Source: Gonapodya sp. JEL0774 (taxonomy: Eukaryota). Taken from it: a DNA stretch of 64,000 nt. Position numbers and translations under genes: made by a program. Shown piece after piece: positions 49,136 through 62,913 of the stretch. The notes under the pieces are model-generated. The model saw only the letters and a program-made list of their open reading frames with translations. It did no database searches and was not told the origin of the DNA. The stretch lies in assembly GCA_027604505.1 (NCBI GenBank), contig JADIIX010000027.1, forward strand, positions 124,001-188,000. Direction: 5' to 3'. Numbering within the stretch: position 1 is the stretch's first letter; each line of letters starts with the position of its first letter.

Positions 49136-52100
49136 CTAATCATATCCTCGATCAACCTCACCCACGTCCACAATCAACACGGTACAGTCATCCCACATCC
49201 TCATCCCTGTCTTACACACCTTGTTTACATTCCGCTCCCGCTCGCACAAGCTCACTGCCGCACCGTCCATCCTTCTCTTCTCGTCAACGTCACCCGCGTT
49301 TCCAGTTTCGTAATTCTTTTCCAACCACTTGCTCACCACCCCCGCAACCACTCGTGCCTGTTCATCGGCTTTGCACACGTCCCGCTCCATGGCGTCCCAC
49401 AGTCCGTCCGTCGCCATGACCACAAGGTACCTCTTTCTGCCGTCCAGGTGACTCCATGTCACATCAGGGTCCACTCGAAACACTCTCGGTTCGAGCTTGA
49501 GCACCAAGTTCCCCATGGCATCTGCCAGATTCAAGTTCTGGTCGGCCTTGAGTCCCAACTCGGCAATGTCCGGGTGTGCAAAACCAGGTGGCCTCTGCAC
49601 CCTCCCTGATCGTAACTTTTCGTAGTGACGATAGACAGGAACCCCACCTTGAGTCGCAGCGAATGCCCTCCCCGCACCACCCACCACCCTCGTCCCAGGT
49701 TCTCTCACATCTTCACCCTTTCTCACCACTTCCTTGCCCCCATTTTTGCCTCCACTGGTCCAGCTGATCTCGGCGCCACCATTCTCCTCTACAATCTGCC
49801 ACGCTTTCACCGGATGGCCAGGATCCATGTCTTCGGAGACAAAGGATACTTCGAACCGGGTTCGAGAGCGGGGCTTGGAGGCTAGCAACACCGTGCGAGT
49901 GTCTCCCAAAGTTACACAAGCCATCCAATCTCCGTTCTTGTCCCAGCTAGTGCTGCTTATAACAATCAGATTAGCAGCAACAGTGCAACCATCGTCTGCA
50001 GGCCTCTCATCCTCCTTCCCTCCCCTTCTCCTCCAATCTAAAAATCTTTCCCTCTGCTCCCGCAAATATTCGACATCCGTTTCCTTCAAAGCTGTCCTTA
50101 TCACCTCCGTGACTTTCTCTCGATCCTCCAAACCGTCCAATGTGCTCAACCCCCGTTCGACACGTTCGGGGAATCGACGGCAGACAAACTGAGCGCACCT
50201 ATTGCCCCCGTGCCCGTCTGCCAGGGTTATGAGGTGGTACAATGTTCCAGATACCCGGTGGATGATTGAGGAGCGCACGGAGTAGACGTCCTCGCAGGTA
50301 GAGTGAGAAGGGACACGAGTTGGTGGCAGGCTGGGATTGGCGGGTGCAACAAGGGAGTAGCCTGGTTGCACGAGAAGAGTGAGAACTTATGAAGCAAAAT
50401 CACTCCCAATTGGAACGCACGACTCACCTGCCTCTTGCGCCGCGCTTACAGCCAATCTACGCCCTCCATCAACACTACTTCCCCTTTGCTGGGTCTCTCC
50501 TCTTTCGGTCCAGGTATCATCTTCTCCGTCCTCCATCCCGACACTTTCCAAAAAAAAGCTTGGGCCGACCCCCAACTCTCTGGCCTCCATCACATCACCT
50601 TCCGTAACACCGGCCCGCTCCGAACCCCTCGATGTCACAGACCGTGACGAGCTGTCAACAACCGCGTCGCACGAAGTGACCCCAGGAGGACTCCCAGCTG
50701 TGGTCTCACCGTGATCGGGTCCCGACAAGGATTCATTTGGAATTGGCAAAGTAGGGATCCGAAAGTCTCCAACGAGTCTCAATGACCCAGTAGACATGAT
50801 TGACCGTGAGAAAGTAGTGCCGATATCCGCTGGGTCGAGCACACCGGGCGGGCTTGGAGGGTTCGAGGGAAACACAGGAGTTGGAGAAGGAACCTTACTC
50901 GGGGAGTGATTCACCAGACCGCCACTGTTGACTCTCAAATCCTCGCCATTCTTCTTAGCCCGGCCTGATTCAATAATATCATCGCGTCTGCTAATTGCAC
51001 CTTCCGCAGTTGAACCCCGTCCGGCTGCTGTACCTACCATTCCCTTCAAAGCCTCATCCACAGGAGGCCAAACTGCGTCAGGTGGCATCACCGGAGTACG
51101 TGCTCGCTTTCGACGGGGAGCAGGGACTGAAGTTGGTGCTGGAGCGACTTGTAAAGGCTGGGCAGGAGACTCGGTCGTTGATTCTGCAAGTTTCAATGAC
51201 ACCGGAGGAACAACGAAGGAGGGTTGGGCGGGCGCTGGGAGGACTTTTTTGAGTGGTGATAATTTGTGCTCCTTTGCCAATTGAGTGACGTGACCAATAG
51301 CTGCGTCAGTTCTAGCATGGTCACTGACAGCAGCCAAGCTGACATCCGTTCCTTGAGTAATGACTGTTGTAGAACGATTCCGTAAAACTCGTGAGGTTGT
51401 GTCGGCCAGCATCTTCGACAGTGAGCCAGAAGCGTCCTTGAGAGGTGGCGAGGTAGCGAGTGAAGGAACAGTGGGCGGTTTGCGTCCAACAGCACGTCGG
51501 GTGAGTCGCGTTTCCGACGCGGATGCAGACAAGTCTATTGGCGACACATTACTGATAGCAATCACAGGGGGGTCTGGCACTTGAGCGATTTGTACCACTT
51601 CCACTCCTCCAACGTAATGTGGCTGGGATTTGCTGAGGGCGCTACCCTTGCGCGGTTTCTTCTGAGCCGTCGATACACCAATAGAACGCTCTGCTTTTGC
51701 CGCCTTGATGGCAGGTTTCCTCGGCGGTAACGCTCTCAGTGTTGGGGACAACTCCTCGTCACTCGTGTCATCAGCTGCAGCATTGTTTTCTTGCGGCACT
51801 TTACCTCCATCTTTGAGAATAGTCCCGTTCTTCAGACTCTGTCCTCGCTTGTTCGTCCATGACTCCCCTGTTATGGGAAAGTCTGTCTGACCTCTTACTT
51901 CCAAGTCCGAAGTGCCTGGGATTCCGTTGTCGATTGGCGTCGCAAATAGGGATTTCTCAGTGCCATACGCAGAATCTGTACCATGTTCCAGTGGCAGGGC
52001 AGCTGTAGGATCTCTGAGTACGGGACGGTGTCGTGGAGGGGTGGGAGGAACTGAGGGCGAAGAAGATGAAACCATCGCCGATGGAGGATAAAGGCAGAGT

Positions 52101-53435
52101 GGAGGCGAAAGTGAACGGGTGTGTGCAGGGAAGAAAGATCGCGGTGAACCGGAGACGCCAGTGGTAGGATGATTGTCATCTTGACCTGAGAGTTCATCCT
52201 TTGCTTCTCGAGAATCGGTACCAGCGACAGGCGCATCGCCTTTATCTTTCCCACCCCCATCAGCGCCATCGTCATGATCATCTTCTGGTACCTCACCACC
52301 ACTGGCAGGTCCTGAACGAGATCCTTGTCTACCGCGACTGTCTTCCCCACCTCCGCTCGCATTTCCCCTTGGACCTTTTCCACCCAGGCTACCCCCAGGA
52401 TCTTCATCACTATCAGTGTTGGGTCGCCGTCTTTTGACATCATTATTATGGGCCTCAGCCCGTCGTGAACCACGCCGACTGGTTGACGGTCCACTGTCCT
52501 CCTCGTTCTGAGGTTCTTTTGCCTCCTCATCTTTCTCTTCGTCATCGATATCATTCCTGTGCATCTGAGCAATTTCCCGTTTCTTCAAAGTGCCTTTGGC
52601 TGGGGCCGTTCGACCTTTTGGAGCTGCCTTGGGTTTCGTAACGGGAAACTTGGCTTTGCCCTTCACAGCAGTAGTTTGCTTAGCACTTCTCTTTTTGGGT
52701 TTGTTGAATGTATCTTGATCCACTGGTTGGGAAAGGGGGAGATCCCAGATGGAGGCAGGGCTGTGTGATAGAAGAACAGGTGAATGCGAAGAAGCGCCGG
52801 CGTCGAACGGAGCGCACGCACCTTGAAGAAACAGCTGGGATTGACGATTTCATTCGATTTTTGAGAGGGTGAGTGGGTGGGAGCGAGCGTGGCGACGATT
52901 TAACGGCGCGAGCGACTGCACCAGACTGCCGAGAACGCGGCGCGTTGGTGGAAGCAATGGGGTGATTCGTTGCAGATGCAGCGTGTCGAGTCCGATTAGG
53001 AGATGACTCAGAGGTGGGCACTAGGGATGTGGCGGTACGGCTGGCGATAGTGGGCGATGGAAGGTTGGAAACCAGTTCGACGGCGGAGATTGGCGAATTG
53101 TTCGCCGCGCTCTGACGCCGGAGCTGGCGCTTTTCCGGTCCAACGGTCTTCGCCTCAGCCTTTTCACGCGTTGCTTCTGTCCTTCTTCTCTTTACACCCT
53201 TGCGGTTAGCCGTTTCCGCTCGATTGCCATTCCCTACTTCTGCGTCGACAGACATCTCATCTGCCGGCTCCTTCTCTTTCTTCCCAGCGCTACCTCCAAA
53301 GTCTGTAGGAAGACGCCTCTTACGTGACCCATATGTTGTGTGGGTGAGTCGGCGCATCGTCAGCGCAGTTGAGAACAAAGGGGCATCTTGAGAGAGCGAC
53401 GACGAATCTCCGGTGGGTGATAATGATGACGCCAT
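49136..53435 (-). CDS. PP2C/PPM-type phosphatase with very long low-complexity N-terminus (3 exons)
   Basis: ORFs 53435-, 52723- and 50371- join in phase via GT-AG introns (..VSS|SPASIWDLPLSQPVDQDT; ..QEA|GYSLV). PPM motifs: LADGHGG, DDGCT, LGDTRTVL, MATDGLWD, WDDCTVLIVD. Confidence 0.8.
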
Positions 53436-53722
53436 CTGGTCAGGTCTGTTCGGCTTTGCTTATTCACTTGGTCTCCCAGATTCAATGTATCGATGTCGCC
53501 AGTTCCCCAAAAGTGGTCTTCGCATCGTGGTTATGTACAGGTGCTCCGACCAGCCCCAGGCCACGAGAACCACACAACGCCTGGACACTTGAAACAGATC
53601 TCAAAATACTTAAGCAATCTCATCGACACTACGGAGGTCTGTTCCCCGACTAACTACGTGCTATAGTGAGAGTGTACCACCGATACGCTGTTCCGAAACA
53701 AAACTACGATCACATCGACACA

Positions 53723-55386
53723 TCAAAGTTGACCGGAGTTAGCAATAACACATGGCTAGTAGAGCCACGTGAATCACGGAGACAGGTGGATGAGGGAAAA
53801 AGATGAGAACAATCGCGTGAAGGTGCCATCCTTAAATGCCCTGTTCTATCAACTCCAACGTTTGCCTGGAACCCACCTTCAGCGGTTTGTCATCCCCGTC
53901 AACCTTCTGCGTCTCAATCTTCGTCACAACGTCCATGCCATCTACAACCTAGAAGTTCACGTTGCCATTTGCCAAGTCCCCAAATTGACGTAAACGTTGG
54001 GCGGACAATCGCGACCATGGTGCGATCGAGATACAAAGGTCATCCCAAAAAGCAACGTCACAAAACTTGGTCAGCACGTTACTTTTGAGCAAACCACTTA
54101 GTTGTCCCAACATCCCACCTTCCCAAAGACGACATGCGCGCCATCCAACCAATCAGTCTTCACGGTGCACAAAAAGAACTGACTGCCGTTTGTGTGTGGT
54201 CCAGCGTTGGCCATGGACAGTATGCCGGGACCAGTGTGTTTGAGCTTGAGTGTCCCGGAACGAAAGGGAGGCACGGTGACCGAATGGAGGCAGACGGTTT
54301 GACAGAAGAAAATAAGATTGAGGATTGTGTGAGCAGTCTGACACAGCACAACAAGCACCTTGAAGTTCTCGTCTGGGAAGGTCTCGCCATAGATTGACTC
54401 CCCACCCGTGCCATCGCCACGGGTGAAGTCACCTCCCTGCCAATTTTTCAGGCATGTGCAGTGTGGAGAAAAGGAGGGATACGTGAGTGATGGATTGGGA
54501 CGATGAGGAGGAAATGGAGGATTAGCGAGAGAGAACACAAGCAGATTAGTGGACGGACGAGGTAGAGGAACAAATCACCAAACAACAATCTGTTGTAGTT
54601 CTGTGGTCGGCAAGGTAACCGTGGCGTGCAGCTTAAGTTGTCAATGACATACAACCTTGGCATCGAACGCACTGTCTTTACGTGATAAGAGTGTCCCCAA
54701 GCCCCCCTCGTCCTCTGTCCCCCCCCCCCCCCCCCACCTCCAACGCACCTGGATCATGAATTCATGAATGACACGGTGGAAAGTGGATCCCTTGAAGTGG
54801 AGAGGTTTGCCGAGTTTGCCCTTGAGGAGGACGACGTTCCGGGGAATGACCATGGCCGAGGACAGACCGTGTTTGGGTGGGACATGATGTAGGACACGCG
54901 TAGGGATCCAATTCTCGGAGAGAAACTTTACAGCTCACCCTGCCTTTCTCTCCGGTGCAGAGGCAACGGAAGTTTTCGGCGGTTCTGTTCGCCGTGATAG
55001 ACTTTGCTTATAGAAATCTGTGTTACTAAGGGTGACGAATCTGACGTACTTGGGGACAACATCGGCATACAGCTCCATGATGATGCGACCTGCGGGGGCA
55101 CCCTTGGAGAATTAAATGTTTTGAAAAGGATGAGTGTACAATGGGTCTGGGGGAACTGAGGAACGACGATCAATAAGCCAAACGTACACCGATTGTGATG
55201 TCAAAAAATACGCGGGGATTCGGCACTGGAGCAGACCGGTTATTATTGGCATAGTTTTCGGTGTTTGGTGTTTGGATAGTTCGGAATTTTTGGAAGGGGG
55301 AGTGAACAAGGTATTGGTGCGGGTTGACGGGAGATTCGCGCGGATGTGGCGATTGGGATCATTGCAATAACAGAGAAAATCTCACT
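53723..55386 (-). CDS. CPR1: Cyclophilin A-type peptidyl-prolyl cis-trans isomerase
   Basis: [93 protein letters not shown], last exon [10 protein letters not shown]. The start is tentative. Confidence 0.95.
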
Positions 55387-56169
55387 TGCGGTATCTGAAT
55401 GAAATCCGGATTGTTGCGATACCAGAGGGGGGAGAAGCACGTGTGTGCACTGCCGGCCACCCGACCACAGCTCACTTCCAAATAAACTCTTCTCTTATAA
55501 GAGTACCATTATGTAACAAAAAAGGCCCGGCAGCAAAATTATTACTACAGGTCCAGAAAGAGTGCGCCGCCAAAATTTTTGTCAGCTGATTTTGTCTTGC
55601 TCCAACACTCCGCGAAAGTTCAACATTTATGTCATCTCTTCCCCATCGCAACAATTCGCTTTCGTTCTCGAGTTATATATTAGGAAATGTGATCAAAGAA
55701 TCACCACAATCCCACCCCCTTGATCTGATCTGGGCTCACAGTCCAGCAGCCCACTCTCGCTTCAAGATTATACGATATCAACGGCAGAAAAAGAAGCACA
55801 AAGGGCTTTTCTTCTTTGTTTCTCTTGAATGAACATGATCATTGATCGTCGCCGACGGGATTCATAGTAATTTTCACATAAAGCAGGCATCCGGTGAAAC
55901 CCTGAGCGGTCAGTCATGTCGCACTCTCAAAACGTAGCACTCAACAATCGTCACCATTCAAATCAATGATATTCAGACTCAGAGAACAACACTCATCTTA
56001 TAACACACTGATTTCACAGAGAACTGCTGCCAAGCGAAGGGTTTTGATCTGGGTTGCCCCATTTGCGGCCACGCGGACTCCTGCGGCGGCTCCCCTGTTC
56101 CTCTGCACGATTTCATTTTTACATCATTCGTGAACCACAAATAGGATTTTATCTGCTTCACCCTCGCAA

Positions 56170-58809
56170 ATGCTCACGCGCTGGGCGCTGCCCTTATGGC
56201 TGGCCACGCTTTGGGCCGCGAACATTGCTGTTTCTGTTACATGGGCGAACCCGACGAACGGTGGAGATATCTGCTCGCTGGCCGACACAACGCAGTGAGT
56301 TGCGATTTTGAAGAGAGTGTGTGGATCTGGGGAGACGTATGGTGGAGGTTAGTCGGATTCGAGAGGCGGACGAAAGCTGACAGTTTTTTTGCCCCACATT
56401 GGGAACGCAATGCGGATCGTCACCCGTGAACCACCAACTCAACGTAATCCTTCCTCCTCCATTCTACCATGAAATTGAAAGATTGGTTGCATCACATGGA
56501 ATGGGAGCTGTCAACGCGGCAGCGTCTCTTGCTGCAAAAATCAACGATGACTACTCTGTATCGATTACCGTGGCGGGCGTACCCACCTTCAGGGGCATCG
56601 GTGCGTGTTCCGATCTCATTGTTGTTTCCCCTCGCCCTTGATTTCTCTCGACGTCCTCTTAACCTCCTCTTCTCGCCTCTTACTGGTTGACAACACCTGT
56701 TCTCTCACTGTATGTGCCAGTCCTCTGGATCCGAGAGCCCCTCAGTTCCGTCCACCTGGGTTCGTGGACCCTCCCCTCGGCTCTCTATCAGTCCAAAGAC
56801 TGTACAGCGGGGACCTCAGGTGCCACGTCGGCCGCATCTACACTGCAACACAACAGCGCGGTGGATAAAACAGACACGGTGTTCACGTGGATACCGAATC
56901 AGGCCGATATGGGGAAGACGGTGATGGTGGAGGGAGTGTGTGAGTGAATTTGAGGATACGCGTGGAACATATCCAGGACTTTTCTCATTGAATCGACAAT
57001 AAACGTGACTTACCAGTCGTGGTCACCACTTCGAACTGGTTTACGCTCGCAGGCAATGTGTGGGCAATGCCGTCTGCAGGTGAGTGTCTTTCCCTTGAGA
57101 GAAGCCCACCCGCGAATGTCCAATGGAAAGGCTTGTGGGGGGGGAGGGGGGAGGAGAATTTGCGAAGATGTCGGATAAACATCCAAACTCTGAATCGGTA
57201 TTGGTACAAAATGCTATAGTGCAGGTTGAGGTCCATGCGTCAGCCTCTGGGACTGTCATAAGTGAGATTCTAACCACTATCCGCACTTTCTTCCACAAAG
57301 CTTTGGCTGCTGCTGCTCCCCTCCCCACAACTTCAGTGGTTGTGCCCATCATGCCAAAACTGCCCATGACCACCAGCGTCATGCCCGTAGTGCCGGCTGC
57401 ACCGACAATGTCCCTGGCCACATCCACTGCCCCAATGGTCATCGCTCCAAAGATGTCCATGACCACACAGGGGACACTTTTGGCCCAGGCGAGGCCCACA
57501 ACGACGGTGGCTGGAGCTGCTGCGAAACCCATCATGGCACCCGTTGTGGCACCACCCGTGCCCACCGTCGCTCCTGTAGCTGCCCCCCCGGTTCCTGCAC
57601 CTGCACCCCAAGCCCCCGTGCTACCCCCAGCATCCACGGGAACGTTCATGCCATCCGCTGCCCAAGCAGCTATCCACACCGGTATCGGATGGTGTGCGAG
57701 GTGGTTCAACGGAACGAGGATGATGTTGGGAATAAGCCAGGGGACTATAATGCACAAGAAGACAACAATGAGTGGCGCAACACATAAGACGAAAGCATCG
57801 GTATCGCACAAGACTACCGCCAGCGGTGCTAAATCCAAAGCCTCGGTTTCTCACAAAACCACGGTGAGCGGTTCAACGGTGAAGGCAGCAAAGACGCACA
57901 TGAGCACACCGAGTGGTGTGGTTCAGAAGTCCGCTGCAACTGCGACGCCGATGGTAATGGCGGCTGCGGGGAGTACTAGTAACGGAAATGGGAATGTCAT
58001 GCGTGCAGGTCACAGTTTTGTGAGTGCTTCAAAAATCCACCCCGTTGTTCGTCGCTCTATTTCTAAGAGCATTGGTTTGCTCCCTTGAAGAAACGCTGGA
58101 TGCCCGACCCAGCAGCTGCACCACTAGCTGCACCTGCCCCTGCACCAGCCTGGTCTCTCTCCGCCCGCGACGGATTCCGCGATGCTCCATACATGGACTA
58201 CGGCACCGAAGACCTTGGTTTTCTTGATTTCTTTCCACCTGGTGCGCAGGCAGCCACCGCCCCGAAGCAAGACATGACACCGGTGACGAACGCACCTCCC
58301 AACGCCGGTTTGACGAGCACTACTACAAACATCAACACAGACATCGGGAGTGACGCTTGGTTCGATCCTTTTACGAAGTCGAAACTGGGATCCTGTGGAA
58401 CAATGTATCGAAGCGATGATTTCGTGGTGGCTATGGTACGTTTCCTGAACAGAGCGTGGTGCAGCGTGGCAAGTGAAACTCACCAAAGGGTGATACGGAT
58501 AGAACGCGATCGATATGGTCAATTTGAACGCATGTGGAGCAAAGGTCTTGGTCACTTCCAAAATGATGGGGATGACCGCCCACGCAACTCTTGTGGACAC
58601 GTGAGTCGGTGACTGCGCTTGGTTCCAAACATCCTACGGATAGTCACTGGCTTTTGTTCTCTAGATGTTTCGCATGTCCCCAAAACTCCCTTCTACTCTC
58701 CAAAGCCCTTTGCCAATTTATGGGTGCGGCCACCGATGTCACGATCGAGTGGGCCGTGGAGAAGGTGACGATGGCGCAACCGAGCAGTATGAACATGATG
58801 GGTCTTTAG
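56170..58809 (+). CDS. Secreted protein: Reeler-like domain + Pro/Thr/Ala/Met-rich linker + RlpA/expansin-like double-psi beta-barrel
   Basis: Signal peptide MLTRWALPLWLATLWAANIAVSVTWA. Reeler-like VAGVPTFRGI..GSW..C..LQHNSAVDKTDTVFTWIP. DPBB-like LGSCG..DDFVVAM|..ACGAKVLVT..ATLVDT|CFACP..LSKAL..IEW. Confidence 0.7.
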
Positions 58810-59473
58810 AATGTCGCAAGTTGACGTTAATGGACGACCGGATAGAGTGGAGGCAGGCTCCCTGGGACTTCAATTTTATATTTATTACCCCAAGATTCTC
58901 TCTTTACCACTGTAATATTGCAATGCCGTTTGAAACAGGTGGTGGGAATGCGAGTGTGCAACTTCTGATACCAGGTGAATACAGAACCATTCGAAACAAG
59001 TCTGGGTGTAATTGCAAGTGTGAGAGCATGTGAGGCACTAAAGGGACTCACTAGGCCACGTCAGATCCACCCTCTGTCCACCTTCTCACCGCAAAAAGCG
59101 AAGCGTTTTGATGCATCGTTTTCAAGGATAATCATTTTCGAGTTCCAATTCAATCTGCGCTAATTCGGTCTTTCCTCATCTTTGTAATCTTGTTGATTCA
59201 AAATGTTCACGAGGGAGACAGTGCGGATAAAGCCCCTTGGCGGTGGCCACGAGATGTCGGCAGTCAGCGCGCATATTCAACCGCCGCGCGGATGATTGTG
59301 AAGCCCAGACCACTCTTATAAAACACCAAGTAAGTGCGAAAATACCGGATTCGAGCGAGGATCCGAACAATCCGTTCTTGCTGGTGGGTGTTCGCAACAA
59401 TCAGTGTATCTGAATTCATTCCTCCTTGCTGTTGCTGACACGAATCGTTAAGACCTTTGAGAGAAGGATGATT

Positions 59474-60724
59474 ATGGCTTCTCACTTGACCTCTTTTGGC
59501 ATCATCCTTGCAATTGCTGCTCTATCCCCCTCAGTCGTCGCCGCTCCACCAGCTGCAGCTGGAGCGACGCAGATTGACTCATCTCTCACCAACTCGTTAA
59601 TTTTTAACGCTCGATATGCACTTGCTCCGTATTGTCAGGTTGGGCGCAACAACAACAATTGGGGCTGCATCTCACAGCTCTGTTCTGGATCGACAGCCGG
59701 GACCCAAGTTCTCGGCTCGCTTGACAACCCTCTCAGGTACGTTGGGAACGAACAAAGATGATTGGATTTCCTTCCCTCTAATAATCTTCGGCGCAGGGCC
59801 AACAACTATGCTGGATATCTCGCAATCGAGGTGCGTTCTGCACACTGAATGCAACCTGGAGCTTCCTCTCTCATACCGAATATTGCTTTTAGCCCGACGG
59901 CACAACAGCCGTCTTTGCTATAGCTGGTTCTCAATCCACCAGTGACTGGCTCCTCGACGCTGCATTGCCGCTCACTTTCGATATTCAATCATACTTCCCG
60001 AATGCTCCACCGCTTTCGTCTGTCCATGTTGGCTTTTGGAAAATATTCAAAGCGGGCTTGCCTTCTATTCAGGTGGGCTTTAACTCGGTTATTACTCTTG
60101 TCGTGGTCAGTTGCATTAAACCATTACTGTTGTTGCAGAACCACATCAACAATACGCTTCCTAAATACCCGAAAGTCAAAACCGTTGTTTTCACTGGCCA
60201 CTCGCTTGGTGCTGTACAACAGAACCTCAATGCAGCATACTTCCAACCCCAGCTCGCGGCACGTGGCTACACCGTTAAGACCTACGCTTACGCACCTGCG
60301 CGTACTGTGAACGACGTCTTTGCCAAGTATCTGTCTCAGCAGCCGGCGTTCGCCGACGATAAGTTTTTCCGGATCGTTGGGCGCCACGACCTCGTTCCAC
60401 GACTCCCCACTCCCTACGCACCCACGTTTTACACCCACGTCGGGACCGAGTACTTCGTTGACGGTCCAGCTGGATCTACAAGTCTCATCTACAAATGCCC
60501 CGCGCCAAGTCTGGGTCAAGAGAACTTGTACTGCATGCAAGCTGTCGCACCGATCGAACTAAGTCTCCTCCCAGGTCACGTAGACTACTTTGGTAAGCTT
60601 TCTAAGCGTTATTCCTCCGTCAATTATAATGTTATTTGAATTGACGGACAACAATTTATGACTTTCAGGTCTGTCGGACTTTATATTGCCGTGCTATGTT
60701 GCGAATTACGGACTCTTGTCGTGA
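59474..60724 (+). CDS. Secreted class 3 lipase (Rhizomucor-type)
   Basis: Signal peptide, YC..WGC..C, VHVGFWK, FTGHSLGA (nucleophile), RIVGRHDLVPRLP (Asp), YTHVGTE, HVDYFG (His). Confidence 0.93.
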
Positions 60725-61986
60725 GAAAGAACAGAATCGAAGGTTTCTTCCTCACTAAGGTTATGTATTGTACAGCAATATCTGTTGAAAAAACCTCGCC
60801 TATGTTATGTACCTGTACAGGATTAGTATCAGTGGAAAAATGTTAAGAATGAGAACTGCTGTCAACATGTGTGCCACGAGCCGCACCCTTACAATGAATA
60901 CCATAAGGGCAAGCAATAAATCTATCTAGTCACGGAAGTAAAACAATTTGTAGATAGTACTTTGTCAACCACTCGCAAAGCAGGAGTGCACACTTGCCAC
61001 CGTGATGGTGCTGGGGCACACAATGCCGTTGCAAGAGGGCAATGTGCCTAGCGGTAAACCATGCGGGAGCCATTGAGCAAGCGTTACGCAAGGCAAAATA
61101 TGAAGACCAAGCAGGCACGACGGTGAGACGGGTGACTGGGGCCCCCCGGCGGCCGCGGCGGGGGGGGGGGTGGCGGGCGGGGGGGGGCGGGGGTTGGCCG
61201 GGCGGTGGGGGACGTGGTGACCGGGAGGGTGTGGTGGGGGGCGGGGGCGGCGAAGGAAGGGGGGGAAGGGGGGGAAGAGGTGGTGGTGGAGGAGCGGCGG
61301 TTGAGTGCAGGGAAAGGGGAGGACAAGTGAAGGAGGACCTCCTTGCGATCAGCTGTCGGTGCGACTCGCTTTCTTGCCGCGGCTGCCATCGTACTAACGG
61401 ACAACGATTCTAATTATGAACCCTCGATCGCTAGCTATAGCTCGTGTACACAAGACATGTTGTTTATCCGGGGGAAAAAAAAAAGGAAAGCTTGATTTTG
61501 GCTGTCTGTGGGAACATGCAGTGCGAAAGCGACATTTCAAGGGGGGTCCGCACAATGACTCATCGGAGTAACAGGCATCTACCAAACGGCGAACGGTGAG
61601 CATGATTTGTGCATGCAATTTGCTGACGAATTTCATATCCAGGTGGCCTGTATGTACCATTCCATTTCATGTTGGCGAAAGAACTGTGCCATCATGCACA
61701 AGAAATGTAATCGATTGCCGGCACCGACCTATGCCAACTCCAACCCTGTCCTCGATGGTTTGGAACTATGGGCGAACCATATGCAGTGCTCGTTGGTATC
61801 CGATGATGAAAGCCGTGAAGCGCTCTGGTGCTGGGGACATATGTAAGTGGCACTGAACCCCTCCGAATTTATTATATTGTAAGGTATCATCCAAAACCCG
61901 TATATGAGAGCTTGAAGGAAGTATATCCAACAGAGCTCCATCAAATCTCTCAAGCACTTGACTTTCGTCTCCCCAAGAATGACTGA

Positions 61987-62208
61987 ATGAGAACGGCAAT
62001 GACCCTCGCGCTCACCTTTGCCCTCGTCGTAGTACTCACCTCGGCGCCGGCGCCAGCTTTTGCTGTGCCCCGGGAGGTAACTTTATCAGCTTGTGCGGCC
62101 GCTATCGATTGTAATATTCGGATGTGCGGCACGAAGGTGTCGAATTTGAAACAGTACGCCAAGGATTGCACAAATGGACTCGGGGCGTACATGTGCGCAA
62201 CTGTTTGA
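61987..62208 (+). CDS. Small secreted cysteine-rich peptide
   Basis: 73-aa single-exon ORF with a hydrophobic signal peptide ending in AFA, followed by about 47 aa containing 5 Cys. Confidence 0.5.
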   Translation: MRTAMTLALTFALVVVLTSAPAPAFAVPREVTLSACAAAIDCNIRMCGTKVSNLKQYAKDCTNGLGAYMCATV

Positions 62209-62913
62209 TCCGTGATGCACTGATGCTGTCGGTTTTGATCTTCTGCTTATTGAACTCTTCATCTGCATTTTGAAAGGGTAAATGTATCTGGTTCCATATA
62301 CATGCCAAAAGCAATCAATGCAATGCACTTCGCGGTGCTCCGCAGATTCCCCGTCCACTGTACCGTAATGACGGTAGGGTCGTGTCGGTAGAGACTTGGC
62401 CTTATAATATCTCGATTGATGAATGATAGTCAAACCCGGGTCTCGTTAAGGGGGTGGAATTGGTCCGTGACAGAGCACTGAATACCTTGACTGGCTCTTG
62501 CCACATCTGTCTTATTTAGTTTATGTTGGTTTTTTTTATGTTGGCGCAGTGTTGTATGCACATTCAATTGGTGTGATCATCCTTGTGTGTTTTTTTCAAA
62601 TTTCTGTCGTGACACACTACGATTCGAATGAAATCTTCACATTTCCACACGCAATCGTGGATTCGATGCTCTGATTGCCGATGGATCTCCCGTTTTGCCC
62701 CGGGGTCCCGGGTTCCGTGTTTGTCTCGGTCCATGTGATCGATCGTGAAAATGAAGCAAAAAGACAGAGGCGGTGGACGGTGGCGGGCCGGCATCTCCAT
62801 CAAGTTTCACTAGAATCCATCGAGACCGTTTTGTCTTACGGGAGGAGGAACCAGGAGAACTCCGTTGACGCCCGCCTGTTGCTTCTGCCCATCGCACCCT
62901 GTACACCACCAAC

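Noticed and set aside
57041..57838. 265-aa hydrophobic antisense ORF
   Set aside because: Shadow of the Pro/Thr/Ala-rich sense-strand linker.
61130..61320. Gly/Arg-rich or Pro-rich ORFs in a G-rich tract
   Set aside because: The G-run composition resembles low-quality sequence. A minus-strand gene may exist here but cannot be supported.
61596..61856. Short Cys/His-rich plus-strand ORFs
   Set aside because: No signal peptide, family motif or splice support.
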